Below are positions 13,488 to 24,072 of a DNA stretch of 64,000 nucleotides, piece by piece. Location: contig JAFVVO010000005.1 of NCBI GenBank assembly GCA_017502165.1, forward strand, positions 10,705 to 74,704. The letters run 5' to 3'. Position 1 is the first letter of the stretch; every line of letters starts with the position of its first letter. Under the pieces are notes generated by a model. That model was not told the DNA's origin, made no database searches, and was given only the letters and a program-made list of their open reading frames with translations. This DNA comes from Clostridia bacterium (lineage in GTDB: Bacteria; Bacillota; Clostridia; Christensenellales; QALW01). The translations under genes were made by a program, and so were the position numbers.

Positions 13488-14507
13488 TTACCTCTTGCCG
13501 TACATTCTTTCGTAGTAGTTCTGATAATCGCCCTTTAAGATATTCTCCCACCAAGAACGGTTTTCAAGATACCAGGCAACTGTTTTTTTGATGCCGTCAT
13601 CAAACTTGGTTGCGGGAAGCCAACCTAATTCGCCATGAATCTTTGTGGGGTCAATAGCGTAACGCATATCGTGGCCGGGACGGTCGGTTACGTAGGTAAT
13701 AAGACTTTCGGGCTTATTAAGCTCCTTAAGAATGGTTTTAACAACTTCAAGGTTAGTTCTTTCGTTGTGTCCGCCGATGTTATAAACCTCGCCCTCTCTG
13801 CCCTTTCTGATAACAAGGTCAATAGCGGAGCAATGGTCTTCTACGTAGAGCCAGTCGCGAACGTTCTCGCCCTTGCCGTAAACGGGAAGCTTCTCGTCAG
13901 CCAAGGCGCGTGAAATAATTAAGGGAATAAGCTTCTCGGGGAAATGATAGGGTCCGTAGTTGTTGGAGCAACGGGTAATTGATACGGGAAGCTTGAAGGT
14001 GCGGTGATATGCAAGCACCAAAAGGTCAGCAGAAGCTTTACTTGCTGAATAAGGACTTGAAGTGTGGATAGGCGTGTCCTCTGTAAAGAACAGCTCAGGT
14101 CTGTCAAGAGGAAGGTCACCGTAAACCTCGTCGGTTGAAACCTGATGGTAACGCTTGATACCGTATTTACGGCAAGCGTCCATAAGCACCTGGGTACCTA
14201 AAATGTTAGTGCGGAGGAAAACCTCGGGATTTTCGATAGAACGGTCAACGTGGCTTTCTGCCGCAAAGTTAACGATGATATCGGGTTTTTCTTCCTCAAA
14301 AAGCTTGTTAACACATTCGCGGTCGGCAATGTCGCCCTTTACGAAGCGGAAGTTAGGATTCTTCATAGCCTCGTCAAGTGTGGCAAGGTTGCCTGCGTAG
14401 GTTAATGCGTCAAGACAAACGATTCTGTCTTCGGGATGATTCTTTAACTGAAAATATACGAAGTTGCTTCCGATAAAGCCTGCTCCGCCTGTTACGATAA
14501 TAGTCAT
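13488..14507 (-). CDS. rfbB: dTDP-glucose 4,6-dehydratase
   Basis: VTGGAGFIGSNF, the catalytic YSASKA (YxxxK) and STDEVYG. The start was set at the ATG at 14507 (MTIIVTGG), which has AAGGAG upstream. Confidence 0.9.
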   Translation of the reverse strand: MTIIVTGGAGFIGSNFVYFQLKNHPEDRIVCLDALTYAGNLATLDEAMKNPNFRFVKGDIADRECVNKLFEEEKPDIIVNFAAESHVDRSIENPEVFLRTNILGTQVLMDACRKYGIKRYHQVSTDEVYGDLPLDRPELFFTEDTPIHTSSPYSASKASADLLVLAYHRTFKLPVSITRCSNNYGPYHFPEKLIPLIISRALADEKLPVYGKGENVRDWLYVEDHCSAIDLVIRKGREGEVYNIGGHNERTNLEVVKTILKELNKPESLITYVTDRPGHDMRYAIDPTKIHGELGWLPATKFDDGIKKTVAWYLENRSWWENILKGDYQNYYERMYGKR

Positions 14508-14508
14508 A

Positions 14509-15069
14509 TTATTTCTCCTTATATTCAAAATTGCAATCGCTGTCCTTAAGTAAGGGTGCGTTTGCGTCTTTTTCTGACACGATGGGGTTTTCTATATTCC
14601 ATTCTACGTTAATGTCGGGATCGTCAAACTTAATTGAGCGGTCACATTCCTTACTGTAGTAGTTATCGCATTTATAAACAAATTCAACGTTATCCGTAAG
14701 GGCTACGAAGCCGTGGGCAAAGCCGCGGGGAATAAAGAACTGACGCTTATTTTCCGCAGAAAGCTCAACGCTTACCCATTTACGATAAGTAGGTGAATTT
14801 TTGCGGATATCAACTGCCACGTCAAGCACGGCGCCTGATACCACGCGAACAAGCTTGGACTGCGCCATAGGGTCCATCTGGAAATGCAAACCTCGAAGGG
14901 TACCTTTTTTAGCAGTAAAGCTTTGGTTATCCTGAACAAAGTCAACGTCAATGCCTAAGTCTTCAAGCTTCTTTTTTGACCAGGTTTCCATAAACCAGCC
15001 TCTATGGTCACCAAACACGTCAGGCTCAATAATTACAACGCCCGGTAAATCCGTTTTTATTGCTTTCAT
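14509..15069 (-). CDS. rfbC: dTDP-4-dehydrorhamnose 3,5-epimerase
   Basis: Cupin fold with DHRGWFMETW and LRGLHFQ motifs. The start was set at the ATG at 15069 (MKAIKTDL), which has AGGAGG upstream. Confidence 0.9.
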   Translation of the reverse strand: MKAIKTDLPGVVIIEPDVFGDHRGWFMETWSKKKLEDLGIDVDFVQDNQSFTAKKGTLRGLHFQMDPMAQSKLVRVVSGAVLDVAVDIRKNSPTYRKWVSVELSAENKRQFFIPRGFAHGFVALTDNVEFVYKCDNYYSKECDRSIKFDDPDINVEWNIENPIVSEKDANAPLLKDSDCNFEYKEK

Positions 15070-15214
15070 TTCTTGCCTCCTAAAAGAGCATTTTATCATT
15101 AGTGCAAAAGCACTCAACTTATATTATTTTACTACATTTGTGCTGATTTTGCAAGTATAAATATTTAACCGAGGCTTTGGGCAGTGTTTTGCCGTAAAAT
15201 GCCTCGGTTATTGG

Positions 15215-17185
15215 TTAAATTCCTGATTCCTTAATACTTCCCTGCTCGTATTCTTCAAGCAAAAGCTTAAGGTCTTTAATTTTTTCTGTAATATTTCTGC
15301 CTACGTCAGTTTCACTAACGAGTATTTTATCTGCCGCAACCTCGAAAATCATTGTATCGGAAACAACGTCAACATTATTCTTGATTGCGTTTTCAACGCT
15401 GGTAAAGGGTTCGTGGGCGGAAATACGTATGCCTGCCGCATTGTAAATAAGCGTGTAGCCTGCAATTCCCGTAGCCCGCTGATATGCCTTACAGAAGCCG
15501 CCGTCGATTACAATGACCTTTCCCCCTGCCTTAATGGGCTCTTCCCCTTTAGAGACGGGAATGTGGCCGTTTATAATATGGGCGGTTTCAGGGTTAAGGG
15601 AAAATTCGTTGAAAATTCTTTCTGCAGTTGCCTTATCGTTCCAGCATTTATAATATGCATTTTTAGGCTCTTCCCACAAGGAGCTGTCAGCAACGAGCAG
15701 ACGCTCAAAGGTGGTCATCTTCTTTCTTGCGCAAAGAGGTGAATCCTTACCGCACCAGAGGAACCACAAGGCGTCCTTACCTTTTTGGCGAAGCTCGGAT
15801 TTTTCCTTGGCAAAATAGCCTTGACGGGCAAGCTTATCGAAATAATCCATAAGCTCTCTGCCGCTTTTACCTTCGGCGCAGTCTAAAGCCATAAAGCTTC
15901 CGTCATCGTTCATGGGAATACATCCATGGAACAGAAGGTTGTTATTGAATATTGTATATAATTCGCCCTTTTCAAGCAAAAATCTTGCGTGGCGCTGAAG
16001 CTTCTCAGAGCGCATAAAGGCGTTTTTAAGGTATTGCATTATCTCCTTTTCGCGAGGAGTAAGCATATAGGGATTTGACGAATCTATTGTGGGGAAATCC
16101 TTATCCTTTAAGGCGTATTCCTTTCCTTCAATTAAAACGGTGCCCTTTTCAAAATCCACCTTTTCAAGCAATAATCTTTCCTGCATATTGAAATTGGGAT
16201 TGCGCAAAACGGTCTGCCCCTCAAGCTTGAACTGAATTACGCTTATTGCCTTGTGCATTCGGGCAATTAAAGCGTCGTCCTCACTGTTAAGAGCGTCGCC
16301 GTGGCTATCGCCCTTGGGCATATAATTTGATACGTCGGATTTTTCGTAAACCTCACCTGCAAACAGGGCAAGAGGGCGCAAGGAAATGCCGTAGCCTATT
16401 TCTATCACGTCAAGATTCTTATACGTTATGGAGTTGTTAAGCACCGTTGCAATGCACGTTCTTGAGCCTGCGGCGGCGGCAATCCAAAGCACGTCGTGAT
16501 TGCCCCACTGAATATCGAGTGACTGCTCCTTCATAAGCTCGTCAACAATTATATCGGCTCTGGGGCCTCTGTCGAAAATATCGCCTACAATGTGCAGATG
16601 GTCGATTACAAGGCTTTTGATTGCAGAGCAAACGGACGCAATAAACTTGTTTGCCGCGCCGATTTCAATGATAGTGTTAAGGATATTATCATAATAACGG
16701 TCTTTGTTGAGAGTATCGTAATCGTTGTTCAGCAATTCGTCAATAATATAATCAAAGCCCTTGGCGGTTTTTGCCAGATGCTTACGAACCTTTGAACGAG
16801 TGTATTTACTGCTTACAAGACGGCAGATTTCAAGCAAGCGCACAAGGGTTACCTTGTACCAATCGTCCATATCATCAATCTGCTGAGAAATTTCCGCCAG
16901 CTTTTCCTCGGGATAGTAGATTAAGGTTGCCAAGGCGGCACGCTCGGCGGCGGTGACGGTTTTAGAAAATAAATCGTCAACCTTTTTTCTGATAACGCCC
17001 GAAGCATTGCGGCGGATATGCAAAAATGCCTCGTGTTCACCGTGCAGGTCGCTCATAAAATGCTCGGTACCCTTTGGCAAGTTCAGAATTGCATTAAGGT
17101 TTATAATCTCACTTAAAACTGCGTTTCTGTTGGGATATTTTTTTGAAAGCTCAATCAAATATTTATTCTGATGATCGTTTTTCAT
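15215..17185 (-). CDS. fbp: fructose-1,6-bisphosphatase, class 3
   Basis: About 656 aa. YLIELSKKYPN...LNLPKGTEHFMSDLHGEHEAF and GDIFDRGP/WGNHD metallophosphatase motifs are typical of Firmicutes class III FBPase. Confidence 0.9.
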   Translation of the reverse strand: MKNDHQNKYLIELSKKYPNRNAVLSEIINLNAILNLPKGTEHFMSDLHGEHEAFLHIRRNASGVIRKKVDDLFSKTVTAAERAALATLIYYPEEKLAEISQQIDDMDDWYKVTLVRLLEICRLVSSKYTRSKVRKHLAKTAKGFDYIIDELLNNDYDTLNKDRYYDNILNTIIEIGAANKFIASVCSAIKSLVIDHLHIVGDIFDRGPRADIIVDELMKEQSLDIQWGNHDVLWIAAAAGSRTCIATVLNNSITYKNLDVIEIGYGISLRPLALFAGEVYEKSDVSNYMPKGDSHGDALNSEDDALIARMHKAISVIQFKLEGQTVLRNPNFNMQERLLLEKVDFEKGTVLIEGKEYALKDKDFPTIDSSNPYMLTPREKEIMQYLKNAFMRSEKLQRHARFLLEKGELYTIFNNNLLFHGCIPMNDDGSFMALDCAEGKSGRELMDYFDKLARQGYFAKEKSELRQKGKDALWFLWCGKDSPLCARKKMTTFERLLVADSSLWEEPKNAYYKCWNDKATAERIFNEFSLNPETAHIINGHIPVSKGEEPIKAGGKVIVIDGGFCKAYQRATGIAGYTLIYNAAGIRISAHEPFTSVENAIKNNVDVVSDTMIFEVAADKILVSETDVGRNITEKIKDLKLLLEEYEQGSIKESGI

Positions 17186-17315
17186 ATTAAACTTCCCTTC
17201 AAATGATTTATTATATTTTAACATTTTGGCGGACATTTGTCTATACACTATTATTTACACCAAAAATAAAAAGTTCCCGTTTACCCTCTTTTTTGGTAAA
17301 CGGGACTTTGCATTT

Positions 17316-18992
17316 TTAGAATAGACCGGTTATCTTTCCTGATTCATCAACGTCGATTTTCTCGGCTGCGGGAACCTTGGGCAAGCCGGGCATAGTAAGA
17401 ATATCTCCGGTAAGCACCACAAGGAAGCCTGCACCTGCGGAAACCTTAACGTTTTTAATGGTTACGGTAAAGTTTTCGGGTGCGCCCAATTTCGTGGGAT
17501 CGTCTGAGAAGCTGTACTGAGTTTTTGCAATGCAAACGGGAAGCTTATCAAAGCCAAGTGCGGTAAGCTGTTCAATCTGCTTTTTGGCGTTAGGCTGAAC
17601 GATTATACCGTCACCGCCGTAAACCTTTTTAACAACTGCTTCGATTTTGTCCTCAATGGTGCCCTCAAGCTCATAGGAGAAGGTAAAATCGCCCTGCTCT
17701 TCTTCACAAAGACGAACAACCTCTTTTGCAAGCTCTTCACCGCCTGCACCGCCTTTTGCCCAAACGTCAGACAACACAGTATTTACCCCAAGCTCGCGGC
17801 ATTTTGCGATAATAAATTCGATTTCCTTATCCGTATCCGTGGGGAATTTATTAACCGCAACAACGCAGGGAAGCTTATAAACGTTTTTGATATTGGAAAC
17901 GTGACGGAGAAGGTTGGGAATACCCTTTTCAAGCGCAACTAAATCTTCGGTAGCAAGCTCTTTCTTGTTAAGACCGCCGTGCATCTTAAGAGCGCGTACA
18001 GTTGCAACGATTACTACTGCATCAGGCACGAGATTTGCCATACGGCATTTAATATCAAGGAACTTTTCTGCACCTAAATCAGCGCCGAAGCCTGCTTCCG
18101 TTACGGTATAATCACCCATTTTAAGAGCAAGCTTTGTTGCCATAACGGAGTTACAGCCGTGTGCAATATTTGCAAAGGGTCCGCCGTGAACAAATGCGGG
18201 AGTGCCTTCAAGCGTCTGAACCAGGTTAGGCTTAAGCGCATCCTTAAGCAGTGCACACATGGCGCCTGCCGCCTTAAGCTCACCGCAGGTTACGGGCTTA
18301 TCGTCATAGGTGTAGCCTACTATAATTCTTGAAAGTCTTTCCTTTAAGTCGGAAATGGAGTCTGAAAGGCAAAGAACTGCCATAATTTCACTTGCAACGG
18401 TAATATCGAAGCCGTCTTCTCTCGGAACACCGTTTGCTTTTCCGCCTAAACCGTCAACAACGAAGCGAAGCTGACGGTCGTTCATATCAACACAACGCTT
18501 CCAGGTAATTTTGCGAACGTCAATATTAAGCGCATTGCCCTGCTGAATATGGTTATCAAGCATAGCCGCAAGCAAGTTGTTTGCCGCGCCTATTGCGTGG
18601 AAGTCACCCGTAAAGTGCAGGTTAATGTCTTCCATAGGTACAACCTGAGCGTATCCGCCGCCTGCCGCGCCGCCTTTAACACCGAACACGGGGCCTAAAG
18701 AAGGCTCGCGAAGGGCTACGGTAACGTCCTTACCGATTCGGGAAAGTCCGTCTGCCAAGCCGATGGTTGTGGTGGTTTTGCCTTCGCCTGCAGGTGTGGG
18801 AGTAATGGCGGTAACTAAAATAAGCTTACCGTTTTTTCTGTCAGTTTCGTCTAAGAGAGAAAGGTCGATTTTGGCTTTGTATCTGCCGTACTGCTCAATG
18901 TATTTTTCATCTACGTGTGCCCTTGCGGCAATTTCGCCAATAGGCTTCATTTGGCACGCTTGTGCAATTTCTATATCGGATTTATATTCCAT
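17316..18992 (-). CDS. fhs: formate--tetrahydrofolate ligase
   Basis: 558 aa with [22 protein letters not shown] and [15 protein letters not shown]. It starts only 13 nt after the purL stop, so it is probably cotranscribed. Confidence 0.95.
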   Translation of the reverse strand: MEYKSDIEIAQACQMKPIGEIAARAHVDEKYIEQYGRYKAKIDLSLLDETDRKNGKLILVTAITPTPAGEGKTTTTIGLADGLSRIGKDVTVALREPSLGPVFGVKGGAAGGGYAQVVPMEDINLHFTGDFHAIGAANNLLAAMLDNHIQQGNALNIDVRKITWKRCVDMNDRQLRFVVDGLGGKANGVPREDGFDITVASEIMAVLCLSDSISDLKERLSRIIVGYTYDDKPVTCGELKAAGAMCALLKDALKPNLVQTLEGTPAFVHGGPFANIAHGCNSVMATKLALKMGDYTVTEAGFGADLGAEKFLDIKCRMANLVPDAVVIVATVRALKMHGGLNKKELATEDLVALEKGIPNLLRHVSNIKNVYKLPCVVAVNKFPTDTDKEIEFIIAKCRELGVNTVLSDVWAKGGAGGEELAKEVVRLCEEEQGDFTFSYELEGTIEDKIEAVVKKVYGGDGIIVQPNAKKQIEQLTALGFDKLPVCIAKTQYSFSDDPTKLGAPENFTVTIKNVKVSAGAGFLVVLTGDILTMPGLPKVPAAEKIDVDESGKITGLF

Positions 18993-19004
18993 TTTTTCTA
19001 CCCC

Positions 19005-22000
19005 TTATTTCTTAAAATATTTAACCGCTGAAGCAAACATCTTAATATCGTAATCGCCGGGAACGTTTTTGTATAAGCCTGAGCCGATACGCTCACTGTG
19101 GCCCATTTTACCGAATACTCTGCCATCGGGTGAGGTAATACCTTCAATAGCGTACATTGAATCGTTGGGATTAAAGTGAACGTCGCTTGTGGCGTTGCCA
19201 TCAAGGTCAACGTACTGTGTTGCAATCTGACCGTTTGCGGCAAGCTGTTTGATTAACGCTTCATCACAAAGGAATCTGCCTTCGCCGTGAGAAATCGGAA
19301 CGTTGTAAATTTCACCAACGTTAGTAAGGGCAAGCCAAGGAGATTTGTTAGATGCAATTCTTGTTCTAACGATTCTCGACTGGTGACGTGCGATGGTGTT
19401 AAAGGTAAGTGTGGGACAGTTTTCGTCAGTATCAATAATCTTGCCGTAAGGTACTAAACCAAGCTTAATAAGTGCCTGGAAGCCGTTACAGATACCGCAC
19501 ATAAGACCGTCACGATTGTCAAGTAAATCGGTTACGCCTTCTTTAATTGCGGCATTTCTAAAGAATGCAGTAATAAATTTACCGCTTCCGTCAGGCTCGT
19601 CACCACCGGAGAAGCCGCCGGGAATAAATACCATCTGAGCATCTTTAAGTGCTGAAGCAAACTTGTCAACGCTTCTCTGGATACCTTCTGCGTTAAGGTT
19701 GTTAATAACGATAATTTCTGCCTTTGCGCCCGCATCACGAACTGCCTTTGCTGAATCAAATTCGCAGTTTGTGCCGGGGAAAGCAGGAATAAGAACCTTA
19801 GGCTCAGCCACCTTAATTGCAGGAGAGGGATAGCTGCTTGCCTTGAATTCAAAGTTCTCCATAGGAGTTTTTCTATCTTCAATATTACAGCTGTAAACGC
19901 TTTCGAGCTTATCTTCGTAAGCGGAAAGAATTTCATCAACTGAAATTTCTTCGTTCTTGAAGGTAATTTTGCCGTTATCGGTTACAGTACCTACAAGCTT
20001 GGCATTTTCAACGTCTTCAGTAACTTCAAGCAAGAAGGATCCGTAGCAATAATCAAAAATGCACTTGTTGCACATATTATCGCTATAGGCAAAGCCTAAG
20101 GAGTTGCCGAAGCACATTTTCATAATAGCTTCCGCAACACCGCCCATTCCGGGAGTGTAGCAGGAAACTGCCTTGCCTGAACGCATAAGCTCTGTTACGC
20201 GGGCAAAGGTTGAAATTAAGGAATCGGTTTTGGGAAGTCCGTTTTCATCAAATTCAGCACGGATAAGCACCACCTTATTGCCTGCCTTCTTAAATTCAGG
20301 AGAAATCACCTCCTGCACCTTGCCCGTTGTAACTGCAAAGGAAACAAGTGTGGGCGGAACGTCAAGATCCTCGAAAGAGCCTGACATAGAGTCTTTACCG
20401 CCGATTGAGCCAATACCAAGTTCCTTTTGTGCCTTGAATGCACCTAAAAGAGCTGATAAAGGTTTGCCCCAACGCTTGCCATCTTTACCGGGATGCTCAA
20501 AGTATTCCTGGAAAGTAAGGTAAACGTCCTCGAAGGAGGCGCCCGTTGCAATAAGCTTTGAAATAGATTCAACTACTGCAAGGTATGCTCCGTGATAGGG
20601 ACTTTGCTCAGTAATAAAGGGGTTGTAGCCCCAAGCCATAAAGGAGCAATCGTCCGTGTGCTTTTTCTCAACGGAAATTTTCTGCACCATTGCCTGAATG
20701 GGTGTAAGCTGATTTTTACCGCCAAAGGGCATTAAAACTGTACCTGCACCTATGGTAGAGTCAAAACGCTCGGAAAGACCGCGCTTTGAGCATATATTAA
20801 GGTCACGGGCAATAGACATATAATTTTCTTCAAAGGTGCCCGTAATTTCTTTATCTTTAAGATCGGGTGCCGCGGGAGTAATATCAATATGCTTATCTGC
20901 ACCGTTGGAGTTAAGGAATTCACGGCTGATGTCAACAATTTTGTTGCCGTTCCAGTTCATTACAAGACGCTTTTCTTCTTTAACTACTGCAACGGGGAAA
21001 GCCTGAAGGTTTTCTTCGTTTGCAAGAGCAAGGAATGCGTCAACGTTTTCCTTTTCAACAACAACTGCCATACGCTCCTGAGATTCGCTTATGGCAAGCT
21101 CAGTTCCGTCAAGACCGTCGTATTTCTTAGGTACTGCGTTAAGGTCGATTTCAAGGCCGTCGGCAAGCTCACCGATAGCAACTGAAACACCGCCTGCGCC
21201 AAAGTCGTTACAACGCTTAATCATACGGGTAGCAGTCTTGTTGCGGAACAGTCTCTGAAGCTTTCTTTCTTCGGGAGCGTTACCCTTTTGAACCTCTGCG
21301 CCGCAGGTTTCAAGAGATTTTGAGGTGTGGGATTTACTTGAGCCAGTTGCACCTCCGCAACCGTCACGTCCCGTGCTTCCGCCTAAAAGAATTACCACGT
21401 CACCGGGTGCGGGAACCTCGCGGCGAACGTTCTCTTCGGGAGCGGCGGCAATAACTGCACCGATTTCCATACGCTTTGCCGCATAGCCGGGATGATAAAT
21501 TTCGTCAACAATACCCGTTGCAAGACCGATCTGGTTACCGTAAGAAGAATAACCTGCCGCAGCGGTGGTAACGATTTTTCTTTGAGGTAATTTGCCCTTG
21601 ATGGTTTCGTTAACGGGCTTTAAGGGGTCAGCCGCACCCGTTACTCGCATTGCGCCGTAAACGTATGCTCTGCCCGAAAGGGGATCTCGGATGGCGCCGC
21701 CGATACAGGTTGCCGCGCCGCCGAAGGGCTCGATTTCTGTAGGATGGTTATGGGTTTCGTTCTTGAAAAGAAGAAGCCAAGGTTCTTCTTCACCATCGAC
21801 CTCAACGTTGATTTTAACTGTACAAGCGTTGATTTCTTCTGACTCATCAAGCTTATCAAGCTTGCCCTGAGTTTTGAGATATTTAACCGCAACTGTTGCA
21901 AGGTCCATTAAGCAGATAGGCTTTGTTCTGCCTAATTCCTTGCGAACTGCAATGTATTCGTCATATGCCGACTGCAAAAGCTCGTCCTCAAACTTAACGG

Positions 22001-22697
22001 AATCAATAACCGTTAAGAAAGTAGTGTGTCTGCAATGGTCGGACCAATAGGTGTCAATCATTCTGATTTCGGTAATGGTGGGGTTACGCTTTTCACTCTT
22101 AAAATAATTCTGACAGAAGGCAATATCGTCAGCATCCATAGCAAGACCGTAATCTTCTACGAACTTTTCAAGCCCTGCCCTATCCAAATCAATGAAACCA
22201 TCAAGAGTGCGAACGGTGGTGGGAATATCGTAATTAACCTTTAAGGTTTCGGGTTTTTCCATTGTAGCTTCTCTTGCTTCAACGGGGTTAATAACGTATT
22301 TTTTAATTTCTGCAATTTCGCTTTCGGTAATATCTCCCTCTAAAACGTAAACCTTGGCGGTACGAACCGTAGGTCTGTCGCCCTGAGAAATAATCTGAAT
22401 ACACTGAGCGGCGGAGTCTGCTCTCTGGTCAAACTGACCGGGCAAAAACTCAACTGCAAAGGCATAAGCATCACCGATAACAACGTCGTCACTTACTTTA
22501 TCAAGCTGAGGCTCGGAAAATACGGTTTTCTTCGCGTACTCAAATAATTCCTCGGAAATGTTTTCCGCATCGTAACGGTTAATAACGCGTACCTTTTTAA
22601 GATTAGTTATTCCCAAAAGATTGCGCGCATCTGATAAAAGTGCTTTTGCTTCATTGGCAAGCTCTTCTTTTTTCTCAACAAAAACTCTGTAAACCAT
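19005..22697 (-). CDS. purL: phosphoribosylformylglycinamidine (FGAM) synthase, single-chain large form
   Basis: 1230 aa with synthetase domains and a C-terminal glutaminase domain that keeps the intact GICNGFQ Cys and HGEGR. Confidence 0.93.
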   Translation of the reverse strand: MVYRVFVEKKEELANEAKALLSDARNLLGITNLKKVRVINRYDAENISEELFEYAKKTVFSEPQLDKVSDDVVIGDAYAFAVEFLPGQFDQRADSAAQCIQIISQGDRPTVRTAKVYVLEGDITESEIAEIKKYVINPVEAREATMEKPETLKVNYDIPTTVRTLDGFIDLDRAGLEKFVEDYGLAMDADDIAFCQNYFKSEKRNPTITEIRMIDTYWSDHCRHTTFLTVIDSVKFEDELLQSAYDEYIAVRKELGRTKPICLMDLATVAVKYLKTQGKLDKLDESEEINACTVKINVEVDGEEEPWLLLFKNETHNHPTEIEPFGGAATCIGGAIRDPLSGRAYVYGAMRVTGAADPLKPVNETIKGKLPQRKIVTTAAAGYSSYGNQIGLATGIVDEIYHPGYAAKRMEIGAVIAAAPEENVRREVPAPGDVVILLGGSTGRDGCGGATGSSKSHTSKSLETCGAEVQKGNAPEERKLQRLFRNKTATRMIKRCNDFGAGGVSVAIGELADGLEIDLNAVPKKYDGLDGTELAISESQERMAVVVEKENVDAFLALANEENLQAFPVAVVKEEKRLVMNWNGNKIVDISREFLNSNGADKHIDITPAAPDLKDKEITGTFEENYMSIARDLNICSKRGLSERFDSTIGAGTVLMPFGGKNQLTPIQAMVQKISVEKKHTDDCSFMAWGYNPFITEQSPYHGAYLAVVESISKLIATGASFEDVYLTFQEYFEHPGKDGKRWGKPLSALLGAFKAQKELGIGSIGGKDSMSGSFEDLDVPPTLVSFAVTTGKVQEVISPEFKKAGNKVVLIRAEFDENGLPKTDSLISTFARVTELMRSGKAVSCYTPGMGGVAEAIMKMCFGNSLGFAYSDNMCNKCIFDYCYGSFLLEVTEDVENAKLVGTVTDNGKITFKNEEISVDEILSAYEDKLESVYSCNIEDRKTPMENFEFKASSYPSPAIKVAEPKVLIPAFPGTNCEFDSAKAVRDAGAKAEIIVINNLNAEGIQRSVDKFASALKDAQMVFIPGGFSGGDEPDGSGKFITAFFRNAAIKEGVTDLLDNRDGLMCGICNGFQALIKLGLVPYGKIIDTDENCPTLTFNTIARHQSRIVRTRIASNKSPWLALTNVGEIYNVPISHGEGRFLCDEALIKQLAANGQIATQYVDLDGNATSDVHFNPNDSMYAIEGITSPDGRVFGKMGHSERIGSGLYKNVPGDYDIKMFASAVKYFKK

Positions 22698-23968
22698 TAT
22701 TTATTCTCCTTTGCCTTTAATGCTCTTGCGCCGATATCCTTGCGGTAGAACGCATTGTCAAAATGTATTTGCTCAACCTTGTTATAAGAAGCTTCAATAG
22801 CATCTTCCAAGGTTGCGCCGATTGCGGTCACACCTAAAACTCTTCCGCCTGCAGTTACTAATTTGCCGTCCTTTTCGGCGGCGCCTGCAACGAAGATGCT
22901 GTCTGCCAGCTCTTCGGGATAAGTAATTTCGAAGCCCTTATCGTACTTTTCGGGATAGCCCTTTGACGCCATAATTACACAGCAGGCGTTCTCGTCCTTA
23001 AAGCGCACCTTGCAGGAGCCTAATTCACCCTTTGTAACTGCCTGCATAACGGTTAAAAGGTCTGTTTCAAGTAAGGGAAGCACAACCTGGGTTTCAGGAT
23101 CACCGAAACGGCAGTTGTATTCAATAACCTTGGGGCCTTTTTCCGTAAGCATTAAGCCGAAATATAAGCAGCCGGAAAAGGTTCTTCCCTCTTTGTTCAT
23201 TGCTTCCATGGTAGGAATAAAGATTTCCTTCATACATCTGTCGGCAACGTCCTTTGTGTAATAGGGGTTGGGTGCGATTGTTCCCATTCCGCCCGTATTA
23301 AGCCCCGTATCGTTATCTCCTGCGCGCTTATGGTCCATTGAAGAAACCATAGGTACTAAGGAAACACCGTCGGTAAATGCTAAAACCGAAACCTCGGGGC
23401 CGGTTAAAAACTCTTCAATTACGATATTATCTCCGCTTGCTCCAAAGACCTTATCTTCCATCATTGATCTAACGGCTGACTTTGCTTCTTCTCGGGTTTG
23501 CGCGATAATAACGCCTTTGCCCAGAGCAAGACCGTCTGCCTTGATAACCGTAGGAATAGGCGCACTTTCAAGATAGTTAAGTGCCGCTTCCATATCACAA
23601 AATACTGCATATTCTGCAGTGGGAATATTGTATTTTTTCATAAGATTTTTTGAGAAAACCTTACTGCCTTCGATAATTGCCGCTTTTGCGTTAGGACCGA
23701 AGCAGGGAATTCCCTCTGCCTCGAGAGCATCTACCGCGCCTAAAACCAGCGGATCATCAGGGGCAACTACTGCATAGTCAATACGGTTTTTTACTGCAAA
23801 ATCAACTATTTTATCGATTTCCTTTGCGCCGATTGGAACTATTGTTGCGTCCTTTGCCATACCGCCGTTGCCGGGAAGAGCAAAAATCTCGGTGATACTG
23901 TTATTTTCTTTAAGCTTTTTAATGATAGCGTGTTCTCTGCCACCGCCACCAACTACCATTACCTTCAT
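22697..23968 (-). CDS. purD: phosphoribosylamine--glycine ligase
   Basis: 423 aa beginning MKVMVVGGGGREHA, with an ATP-grasp architecture. Confidence 0.93.
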   Translation of the reverse strand: MKVMVVGGGGREHAIIKKLKENNSITEIFALPGNGGMAKDATIVPIGAKEIDKIVDFAVKNRIDYAVVAPDDPLVLGAVDALEAEGIPCFGPNAKAAIIEGSKVFSKNLMKKYNIPTAEYAVFCDMEAALNYLESAPIPTVIKADGLALGKGVIIAQTREEAKSAVRSMMEDKVFGASGDNIVIEEFLTGPEVSVLAFTDGVSLVPMVSSMDHKRAGDNDTGLNTGGMGTIAPNPYYTKDVADRCMKEIFIPTMEAMNKEGRTFSGCLYFGLMLTEKGPKVIEYNCRFGDPETQVVLPLLETDLLTVMQAVTKGELGSCKVRFKDENACCVIMASKGYPEKYDKGFEITYPEELADSIFVAGAAEKDGKLVTAGGRVLGVTAIGATLEDAIEASYNKVEQIHFDNAFYRKDIGARALKAKENK

Positions 23969-24072
23969 TAAGTTTCTCCTAAAATTAAATGTTTTTGAGC
24001 AAATTTATTTCTGTTAAATAAACGACAGAATCAGCTAAGGGCTTTCTGCCCTTAACTGACCGCCTTTTTATT

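Noticed and set aside
15070-15117. N-terminal extensions proposed by the ORF track (rfbC here; also fbp, purM, pyrB, pyrK, carB, pyrC, cmk, oadG, ung, mrp, rfbB, the amidase, and the PG-binding protein 60572-60781)
   Set aside because: In each case an internal ATG or GTG preceded by a good SD coincides with the conserved N-terminus of the family. The extension overlaps the upstream gene or an intergenic terminator or promoter.
24020-24060. Hairpin TCAGTTAAGGGC-agaaa-GCCCTTAGCTGA between purH and purD as an operon-splitting terminator
   Set aside because: There is no convincing U-tract after the stem on the minus strand, and no promoter or riboswitch in front of purD. It is more likely an mRNA-stabilising or processing structure. 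It is kept only as a note under the ZTP finding.
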